From Rhodoferax sp. (GTDB lineage Bacteria > Pseudomonadota > Gammaproteobacteria > Burkholderiales > Burkholderiaceae_C), in NCBI RefSeq assembly GCF_028714215.1, contig NZ_JAQTMS010000024.1, positions 6,156-70,155 on the forward strand: 64,000 nucleotides of DNA, in the 5' to 3' direction. A program made the position numbers and the translations under genes. The notes beneath the pieces were generated by a model. The model searched no databases and was not told the origin of the DNA. It saw only the letters and a program-made list of their open reading frames with translations. Shown one piece after another: positions 56,858 through 64,000 of this stretch (positions are counted from its first letter, which is position 1; each line of letters opens with the position of its first letter).

Positions 56858-56870
56858 GAGAGTTCCTTGA

Positions 56871-58004
56871 TCAGTTGAGGACCGGGTTGGCCGCCGAATC
56901 GCCGAAGCACACACCCAGGTCGCGCCCGGTTTGCAGTGTGTCGCTGTCGGGCGGCACCGCCTTCATGCGCCCGGCCACTTCTTCCAGGTTGACATAGTTT
57001 ACGTTGGGAAAACCGAGCGAGACCATGACGCCCGACAGGCCTTGTTCCAGCGCGCGCACGGCGGCGGCGCCAAAACGCAGGGCGGCCAGCCGGTCGAACG
57101 AGGTCGGGCTGCCGCCACGCAACAAATGGCCTAACACCACCACCCGCGCGTCCTTGCCGGTACGCAGCGCCAGATCACGGGCGACGTGTTCGCCGATCCC
57201 GCCCAGACGCTCGGCGTGGCCGATCTCGGCCGGCGCCAGCACCGCGCGCTGGCCATGGTGCGGCTGTGCGCCCTCGGCCACCACCACCAGGGAATACTGG
57301 CGCCCCTCGGCCTCGCGCTCGCGGATCTTGTTGGCCACCTGGTCCAGATCAAAAGCAATCTCCGGAATCAGGATCGCGTGGGCGCCGCCGGCAATGCCGG
57401 CGTGCAGGGCGATCCAGCCGGCATAGCGTCCCATCACCTCCACCACCATCACCCGCTGATGGCTCTCGGCGGTGCTGTGCAGGCGGTCCAGGCACTCGGT
57501 GGCAAACGACACCGCGGTGTCGAAACCGAAGGTGGTGAAGGTCTTGTCCAGATCGTTGTCAATGGTCTTGGGCACCCCCACCACGCGCAAGCCCTTGCGG
57601 TGCAGCGCGTTGGCAATGGTGAGCGAGCCGTCGCCGCCCACCGCCACCAGCGCGTCTATGCCCTCGCGCTGGAAGTAGTCCACGATTTCGCCGGAGCGAT
57701 CGGTCTCGCCCAGCGTGCCGTCGGCTCTGGGCACCGGGAAGTGAAACGGGTCGCCTTTGTTGGTGGTGCCCAGCATGGTGCCGCCGAGGTGGGCGATGCC
57801 GCGCACTTGATCGCGCGTCAGCAGGGCGACACCGCCCTTGGGGTAGCGCTCGGGTTGCAGGATGCCGTTGTAGCCGTCCCGGATGCCGACACACTCCCAG
57901 CCGCGATTGGCCGCCGCCGTCACCGTGGCCCGGATCACCGCGTTGAGACCCGGCGCGTCACCGCCGCCGGTACAGATGGCGATACGTCGAATCGGATTGG
58001 CCAT
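56871..58004 (-). CDS. pfkA: 6-phosphofructokinase, mixed-substrate (group III) type
   Basis: TGGGDAPGLNA, GGTMLGT, GGDGS, PKTIDND, EVMGRYAGWIA, LGHLLRGG. Confidence 0.92.
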   Translation of the reverse strand: MANPIRRIAICTGGGDAPGLNAVIRATVTAAANRGWECVGIRDGYNGILQPERYPKGGVALLTRDQVRGIAHLGGTMLGTTNKGDPFHFPVPRADGTLGETDRSGEIVDYFQREGIDALVAVGGDGSLTIANALHRKGLRVVGVPKTIDNDLDKTFTTFGFDTAVSFATECLDRLHSTAESHQRVMVVEVMGRYAGWIALHAGIAGGAHAILIPEIAFDLDQVANKIREREAEGRQYSLVVVAEGAQPHHGQRAVLAPAEIGHAERLGGIGEHVARDLALRTGKDARVVVLGHLLRGGSPTSFDRLAALRFGAAAVRALEQGLSGVMVSLGFPNVNYVNLEEVAGRMKAVPPDSDTLQTGRDLGVCFGDSAANPVLN

Positions 58005-58119
58005 GCGAATCTCTCTTGCTGCGCTGAAACCCAAAGGATAAGGCATAAATTCGGCTCGCCTGCGCCGTCGGTCTAGCTGCAGGGGCGGCGGCTCGTGATG
58101 CTTGGCCCCAACTGGGCGA

Positions 58120-59364
58120 CTATCCCGCGAGGATTCTCTTGGCTGTTTGTCGGGTGTTTTTCAACACGAACGCCCGCAGGCGCAAAGCCAGCGTTTTGGC
58201 ACCCGGTGAAAGCGCCTGTTGCACCGAGCCGATGGCCGCCTCGATGGCGCCCGGAATCCGCTTGGCCATGTCTTCGGCAACGCTCAGCGCAAAGGCCGGG
58301 CGGATGGCCATCTCCTTCGCCATCTGTTGCACATGCATGCGGCTGATGGCGCCCGGCAAGACTTCGCCGCCGATGGCAAAAGCAAATTCCGGCGACAAAC
58401 CGGGATAGATGCGGGTGCACATCAGGTCGTAAAACGGGGCCAGCCGCACACCCTGGCCGGGGTCGCGGCAGAGCGACAGGTTTTTCGCGTGGCCGTCGTT
58501 GTTTCCGGTGTAGAGGTTGAAGAACAGCCAGCCCAACAAGTGCTTCAGATCGACCGCCGGCGCTGCGCTGTACTTTCGAATCAGTTGCGCGCATTGGATC
58601 AGGCCGGGGCCACCCTCTTTTTCGTACTTCCGGTCCGAGGCGATGCTGCTGAGCTGGCACAAGTCGTATTGCAGGAGGCGGCTCAGCCCGCCATCCGGAC
58701 GCAGCGTCCGGTCAAAGCGTTTGACCACGCAGGCCTGCGTATGGGGTTCGTAAAACACCTCTGCCGTCGGTAGGCCGCATTGGCCAGCGGCGCGCATGAC
58801 GATGGCCTCGTTGGCCGCCGAGTGCCACACCTTGGCCAGCCGTTTGATGTCGGGCTTGAGGATGTGGGTCGAAGGGGAGGCGCCTTGTGGCAGTTGCGGC
58901 TGGCCGTCGGCAAAGAGGGCGATGGCGGCTTTATCCTGCGCGCCGGACAGGGAGATGCGGGCTTGCCGGCCCTGGAGATCGGCAGCCGCGCCGGTGGGCT
59001 GGCCGAGGAGCGTGGCCAGTGCCTTCCAACTGGTGGGCCGGTACGACGGCGGCTCGGGTCGCTGACCGGCCGGCAGGATGACAAAGCCACCGGCGGTGTC
59101 GCCCGCCACTTCACGCAGCAGGGCAAACAAGGTGGAAGCTTTTTTGCTGCTCGAAATAAAGCGGCGCAATTCGCCTTCGGGCAGCAGGTTCTCGAAAAAA
59201 GCCGTTACCGCGGCGCTGTCAAGCGAGCCCGCGGCGAGCGCGATGGCGGCGATTTGCGCCGGCTCCGGGCGGGCCAACCACGGGGCCGAATAGGTGAACG
59301 ATAAAGGCGTGCTGTCATGGATGGAACCGACCAGCTCATCACCGAAAAAGACATTCAGCATCAT
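58120..59364 (-). CDS. hipA: HipA-family toxin kinase with fused N-terminal domain
   Basis: FFENLLPEG, SLSGAQDK, HILKP, VKRFDR, GNNDGHAKN, APFYD. Confidence 0.95.
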   Translation of the reverse strand: MMLNVFFGDELVGSIHDSTPLSFTYSAPWLARPEPAQIAAIALAAGSLDSAAVTAFFENLLPEGELRRFISSSKKASTLFALLREVAGDTAGGFVILPAGQRPEPPSYRPTSWKALATLLGQPTGAAADLQGRQARISLSGAQDKAAIALFADGQPQLPQGASPSTHILKPDIKRLAKVWHSAANEAIVMRAAGQCGLPTAEVFYEPHTQACVVKRFDRTLRPDGGLSRLLQYDLCQLSSIASDRKYEKEGGPGLIQCAQLIRKYSAAPAVDLKHLLGWLFFNLYTGNNDGHAKNLSLCRDPGQGVRLAPFYDLMCTRIYPGLSPEFAFAIGGEVLPGAISRMHVQQMAKEMAIRPAFALSVAEDMAKRIPGAIEAAIGSVQQALSPGAKTLALRLRAFVLKNTRQTAKRILAG

Positions 59365-59648
59365 CGACCTGCTCCTGCCTTGGGCCGGACCACGACTTCC
59401 AGACCCAGCAAGTCCAGCACATCCAGCACTTTTTGCAGTTGTACCGTGGGCTTGCCCTGCTCAAGTTCGACGATGAAGCGGTTGCCGGTGTTGCCGAGTC
59501 CGGCCAGCTCAAGCTGCTTGAGCGCAAGCAAGCGCCGGCGCTCCCGCACGATGTCGCCCAGCGTCACGCTGGATCGGACAGTGCTTTCAATGAGAGGATC
59601 AAAATTACCGATCGGGATGCTTTCAGGCTTGGAGTGCATGGTTTTCAC
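59361..59648 (-). CDS. hipB: HipB-like XRE antitoxin
   Basis: LGDIVRERRRLLALKQLELAGLGNTGNRFIVELEQGKPTVQL..VLDVLDLLG; overlaps the hipA start. Confidence 0.88.
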   Translation of the reverse strand: MKTMHSKPESIPIGNFDPLIESTVRSSVTLGDIVRERRRLLALKQLELAGLGNTGNRFIVELEQGKPTVQLQKVLDVLDLLGLEVVVRPKAGAGR

Positions 59649-59722
59649 AAAAATTACCGTTCAGTAATTTTATGGTGAGTCACCAGCGTTTGACAAGGGC
59701 AAATTACCTATCGGTAATGTTT
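59601..59722. promoter_or_regulatory. Three AAATTACC-N4-GGTAAT-like operators of hipBA
   Basis: 59601 AAAATTACCGATCGGGAT, 59650 AAAATTACCGTTCAGTAATTTT, 59701 AAATTACCTATCGGTAAT. Confidence 0.7.
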
Positions 59723-59853
59723 CCCATAAATCGCTTCACCGCCGCCACCTTGATCCGTGCATGGGGTGCTTCGCCAAACATCTCCGGTGCGTACATCGCT
59801 TCCGTTCGCGAGGGTGGCAGCGAGAACTTGTCCATGTTGTTGAGCCGGGCTCC

Positions 59854-60885
59854 TCAAAGCCGGTACAAACGTTTTTGCCGAATCCGATCGAAGATCACGG
59901 CAATGATCAGCAGCGCGCCCAGCACGACGATTTGCAGGTAGGAGCCGATCTGCGCCAGGTTCATGCCGTTTTGCACCAGGCCGATAAAGATCGCACCCAA
60001 CACCACGTTTTCCAGGCGTCCGATACCGCCGCGCAGCGAGACGCCGCCGATGACGCAGGCGGCGATCGACTCCAGCGCCATCGAGCCGCCCAGGTTGGCG
60101 TCGCCGGACGCCGTTCTGGCCGTCAGCAACAAGCCCGAGACGGCGGCGATCAGGGCGCACAAGACGTAGGCGCTGATGAGCACCGGCTTGACCCGGATAC
60201 CGGAGAGCAAAGCGGCTTTCGGATTGCTGCCCACCGCATACAGATGGCGACCCCAGGCCGAGTAGTTCAACAGCACGAACATCAACGCCAGAATCAGGAG
60301 CGTCACCAAGATGGGCACCGGCACGCCCAGCAGCACGCCAAAGCCGAAAACATCGCCCAGGGCGTCGGGCAGGTTGGACACCGGAACGCCGGCGGTCAGA
60401 AACAAGGCGATGCCGAAGCCGATCGACTGCACGCCCAGGGTCATGATGAAAGGCGAGACGCCGAACATGGCGACGCCGGCGCCGTTGACCAGGCCAATCA
60501 GCATGGCGGCCGCCAGACCGGCCAGACAGCCCAGCGTGATGACCAGCCCGATGGCATCGGGAAAACTCAGGCTCAAAGCGCCCATGGTCAAGGCCGAGAC
60601 GACCGACGAGACCGCCACGATGGTGCCCACCGACAGGTCGAAGCCGCCGGAAATCAGCGCCAGCATCTGGCCCAGCGAGACCAGCACCAGGTAGACCGAC
60701 TGGCGAAACAGGTTGACCAGATTCTCGGCCGTGAGAAAGCGCGACGACATCAGGCTGAAGGCGACGACGGCGATCACCAGCAAAAACGGCATCACGCCCC
60801 AATGCAAAAATACCTTCAGCAGCCAGTCGCGCGGCGAAGACCGCTGCGCGGAGCCTGGATTGTTCTCAGGATCGTTTGAACTCAT
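59854..60885 (-). CDS. ABC transporter permease (RbsC family)
   Basis: GGFDLSVG, PFIMTLG, WGRHLYAVGSN..AA..SGI, IAACVIGGVSLRGG. Confidence 0.95.
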   Translation of the reverse strand: MSSNDPENNPGSAQRSSPRDWLLKVFLHWGVMPFLLVIAVVAFSLMSSRFLTAENLVNLFRQSVYLVLVSLGQMLALISGGFDLSVGTIVAVSSVVSALTMGALSLSFPDAIGLVITLGCLAGLAAAMLIGLVNGAGVAMFGVSPFIMTLGVQSIGFGIALFLTAGVPVSNLPDALGDVFGFGVLLGVPVPILVTLLILALMFVLLNYSAWGRHLYAVGSNPKAALLSGIRVKPVLISAYVLCALIAAVSGLLLTARTASGDANLGGSMALESIAACVIGGVSLRGGIGRLENVVLGAIFIGLVQNGMNLAQIGSYLQIVVLGALLIIAVIFDRIRQKRLYRL

Positions 60886-60913
60886 TCTGAATTACCCTGG
60901 TTGTCTTGGTGGC

Positions 60914-62407
60914 TTAGAAAAAATGTTGCAGCACGGCTGCTTCGGAGAGTTGGCTGCGCTCGATTTCAGCGGCGATGCGGCCGGCGCGCATGACGTAGGC
61001 GCGGTGCGACAGGTGCAGGATCTCAGGCAGATCGGACGAGATCAGGACCACCGCGGCGCCGCCTTCGCACAACTCCTTGATCAGGTAATAAATGGCGCTG
61101 CGGGTGCCGACGTCGACGCCCACCGTCGGCTCGTCAAAAATATAGAGCTTGATGGAGCGCGTCAAACCGCGACCGAACAAGACTTTTTGCTGATTGCCGC
61201 CGGACAGCAGCGCTGTCGCGCGGGACATGTTCGACGCATGGATATCGACCCGCCGGCCGATCTCGCGCGTCACCGTCCGCTCGGCCGAGAGCGACAAAAA
61301 GCCGGACCGGAAATGGATCGGCCGTTGCGTCAAGGCATTGAGCGAGATGTTGTCGGCGGAGCTGGCCGACAGCATCAAACCCTCTTCGCGGCGATCGGGC
61401 GGCAGGTAGAAAACACCGGCATCAAGCATGCGCCGGGGGGTCGGCTTCTTGATGATTTGGCCGTCCAGCTTGACGGTGCCCGATTTCATCGGTTCGATGC
61501 CGAACACCATGCGCAGCAAGTCCGATTTGCCGCAGCCGACCAGGCCGGCGACGCCCACCACCTCGCCTTCGCGCGCCAGGAAGTGGTCCACCGCAACGCC
61601 GCCGAGACTGCGCATATCGGAGAGTTCCAGGATGGTGCGGCCCGGCTTGGCGGCAATCACGGGATAGATTTTTTCCACCGCGCGTCCGGCCATCATTTCA
61701 ATCAGTTTGGCCTCGGTGGTGCTGGCGGCGTCCACCACACCAATGTGCTTGCCGTCGCGCAGCACGGTGACGCGGTCCGCCAGGCGCTTGATTTCCTGAA
61801 TCCGGTGCGTGATGTAAATGATGCCCACGCCTTGCTGCTTCAGGCTGCGCACGGTGGCGAACAACTGCTCGCTCTCGCGCTCGGTCAGGGAGGCCGTCGG
61901 CTCGTCCAAGATCAGCACCGACAACTTGGCGCGCAACGCCTTGGCGATCTCCACCATTTGCTGCTCGGCGCGCGACAGCGTGGCGACGACGCGCCGCGGA
62001 TCGATCTCGAAGTTCAGCCGTTGCAGCAAGGCCTTGGCATGGCGCGACATGGCCGACAACTGCAGCAGGCCAAAGCGCTGGTGCAGGCGCTCTTCGCCCA
62101 GGCACAAATTCTGTTCCACCGTGAGGTGCGGCGCCAGCGAAAACTCCTGAAATACCGCGCTGATGCCTTGGCGCCGGGCATCGGCGACGGAGGAGAAGCG
62201 CAGTTCCTCGCCGTGCATCCTAAGGGTTCCGCGGTCTTGCGGCTGGGCGCCGGCAATGATGGAAATCAGGGTCGACTTGCCGGCCCCGTTTTCACCGAAC
62301 AAGGCGTGCACCTCGCCGCCGCGCAGTTCGAAATCGACGCCATCGAGCGCGCGCACGCCAGGGAACTCCTTGGACAGGCCGCTGATGGACAACAAGACAT
62401 CACTCAT
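60914..62407 (-). CDS. ABC transporter ATP-binding protein (RbsA type, two NBDs)
   Basis: GENGAGKST, ILDEPT, LSGGNQQK, IFDEPTVGVDVG. Confidence 0.95.
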   Translation of the reverse strand: MSDVLLSISGLSKEFPGVRALDGVDFELRGGEVHALFGENGAGKSTLISIIAGAQPQDRGTLRMHGEELRFSSVADARRQGISAVFQEFSLAPHLTVEQNLCLGEERLHQRFGLLQLSAMSRHAKALLQRLNFEIDPRRVVATLSRAEQQMVEIAKALRAKLSVLILDEPTASLTERESEQLFATVRSLKQQGVGIIYITHRIQEIKRLADRVTVLRDGKHIGVVDAASTTEAKLIEMMAGRAVEKIYPVIAAKPGRTILELSDMRSLGGVAVDHFLAREGEVVGVAGLVGCGKSDLLRMVFGIEPMKSGTVKLDGQIIKKPTPRRMLDAGVFYLPPDRREEGLMLSASSADNISLNALTQRPIHFRSGFLSLSAERTVTREIGRRVDIHASNMSRATALLSGGNQQKVLFGRGLTRSIKLYIFDEPTVGVDVGTRSAIYYLIKELCEGGAAVVLISSDLPEILHLSHRAYVMRAGRIAAEIERSQLSEAAVLQHFF

Positions 62408-62460
62408 CGCGTTGACCTGCGGTTCGAACAAAGTCGCCTCACCCGAACCGCAGGCATCCA

Positions 62461-63531
62461 TCACTTGACTTCAAACAAGGGCTTGAAGGCGGCCGGCGGC
62501 AGCACGTCGTCGCGGCGGATTTGCTTCAGGTTGGCTTTGTCGATGGTGACGATCTTGGGCCCCACGTGCTTGATCAAGTCCTTGCCTTCCAGCGCACGCA
62601 CCGCCTGGTCGACGGCCATGCGGCCCTGGATCACCATGGCGTCGGCGGGCGAGGCCATGATGGTGCCTTTCTCGATGCCGGCGTAGACGTCAGGCGTCAG
62701 ATAGAACGACACCAGTTGCACCTTGTCCTTGATGTTGCGCGCACGCACGATGCCCTGGCTCACCTCGGCGGTGACGGCCGTGCCGGCGATGTAGCGGATT
62801 GCCGGGTTGGACTGCAAGGCGTCTTCCACCAGCTTGGCCTGGGCTTCCTTGCCGGTGTCGCCATACATGGGCGCCATCACCTCCAGCGAGCTACCCTTGA
62901 CGGCCTCGGTAAAGCCCTTGTTGGCCGCTTCCACCCAGCCCGCGCCAGCCGGTCCGGGGAACCAGGCAACCACCGCCTTGGGGCCACCGGCCGGGTGCTT
63001 CTTGGCCAGGTAGGCGCCCGCTTCCTGCCCCATGGTGTAGAAAGAGACCAGTGATTTGGCGGTCAGGTCGGGCGAGTTGATGCCATTGACCAGGTCGACC
63101 ACCGGGATGTTCTTGGCCTTCAGCGACTTCACCAGATTGACCAGGCCATCGGCCGAAATGCCGCCAATGACGGCCGCCTGACCACCGCCGGCGACGCAAT
63201 CCTCGATCTGTGAAATTTGCTTGTTCAGATTGGTGTAACCACCGGCTTCCAGCACCTGGGCCGAGACGCCCAGACGCTTGGCCTCCTCAACCACGCCGTA
63301 GTCGACACCCAGCCAGTAGGCATCTTTCATGTGCGGAAACGAGACGCACAGTTTCCATTTCTTTGACGCCTTGGGCAGCGGGCTGTAGTTGATGGCTTTC
63401 TTGGTGCCCGTGTCGGAGAACGCCGGTTCGGTCTGCTCGGCCGCGTAGGGGTACCAATTGGCCGCGGAGGCCGCGAAGGAAGCGGACAGCAAGACGCCGG
63501 CCAGCAGGGTGGGTGCGTGGATTTTTTTCAT
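62461..63531 (-). CDS. Periplasmic binding protein, TorT-like
   Basis: Signal peptide; KLCVSFPHMKDAYWLGVDYGVVEEAKRLGV..VLEAGGYTNL..QISQIEDC matches the TorT pattern. Confidence 0.85.
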   Translation of the reverse strand: MKKIHAPTLLAGVLLSASFAASAANWYPYAAEQTEPAFSDTGTKKAINYSPLPKASKKWKLCVSFPHMKDAYWLGVDYGVVEEAKRLGVSAQVLEAGGYTNLNKQISQIEDCVAGGGQAAVIGGISADGLVNLVKSLKAKNIPVVDLVNGINSPDLTAKSLVSFYTMGQEAGAYLAKKHPAGGPKAVVAWFPGPAGAGWVEAANKGFTEAVKGSSLEVMAPMYGDTGKEAQAKLVEDALQSNPAIRYIAGTAVTAEVSQGIVRARNIKDKVQLVSFYLTPDVYAGIEKGTIMASPADAMVIQGRMAVDQAVRALEGKDLIKHVGPKIVTIDKANLKQIRRDDVLPPAAFKPLFEVK

Positions 63532-63605
63532 GAAGTCTCCAAGGATTAAAAGTCAAGGTTGAAAAAACTTCGCACCAGTGCGAAGGAGGGGGAAACATGC
63601 GGAAC

Positions 63606-64000
63606 TCATGGCATCAAGGCGGCGCGCAGCGCGGCCAAACGGCGGTTGCGTTCGACGCGTGCACGCAAGGCCTGGGCCATGTCGACGGCGACGAATTGGG
63701 TATGGAAATTGGGCTGCAGCTGCGCCACCACGTCCATGTCGGCGCTGATGACGGTGCCTATCATGGCGTAGCCGCCGCCGGAGACGGCGTCGCGGTGCAG
63801 GATGATGGGCTCCAGCCCGCCGGGCACCTGAATCGAGCCGATCGGATAGCCGGCATCGACAATGTTGGAGGGGTCGGAGCCGGCGCCGAACGGGCGCTCG
63901 CGCGCTTCGAATTCGAGCGGCCGGCCGTGCTTGAAGCGGTAGCCGATGCGGTCCGCTTCCGGGCCGACGCGCCAGCTGTCTTCAAAGAAAGTCTGGCCGG
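63606..64000 (-). CDS. Biotin-dependent carboxyltransferase / AHS2 (PxpC-like) protein, 3' part
   Basis: Own translation ...ADRIGYRF...PSNIVDAGYPIGSIQVPGG..PIILHRDAVSGGGYAMIGTVISAD...AQL. Confidence 0.88.
   Translation of the reverse strand, partial: GQTFFEDSWRVGPEADRIGYRFKHGRPLEFEARERPFGAGSDPSNIVDAGYPIGSIQVPGGLEPIILHRDAVSGGGYAMIGTVISADMDVVAQLQPNFHTQFVAVDMAQALRARVERNRRLAALRAALMP

Overview
GC-rich bacterial chromosomal window whose gene content and order resemble a Comamonadaceae betaproteobacterium (inferred from gene content, not a database hit). Housekeeping blocks: yicC/Ser-Thr kinase/PP2C/rph/rdgB/hemW, tRNA-Leu(CAA), cysM, valS, yaaA, queF, MaoC-pta/ackA, dinB, a Pat-type acetyltransferase, an lldD-like oxidase and a group III PFK. 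Catabolic or accessory blocks: an atuCDEF-like carboxylation operon with a LiuR-type regulator and a DUF849 enzyme; a rubrerythrin/Fe-S oxidoreductase/DUF3501 triad; a small AT-richer patch with two antitoxins whose toxins have decayed; an AraC-led acyl-CoA cluster of unknown substrate; a repeat-bracketed two-component cassette; hipBA; and a TorT-like ABC importer. The strongest candidates for something undescribed are (1) glpA-glpB coupled, in place of glpC, to a NarI-like membrane protein carrying a CxxCH motif and four [4Fe-4S] motifs plus an HdrB-like subunit, behind an FNR-like box, and (2) palindromic dispersed repeats inserted in frame inside valS (twice) and probably atuE. No CRISPR array, rRNA, integrase or transposase was seen. 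Family calls come from motif recognition by eye; no searches were run.
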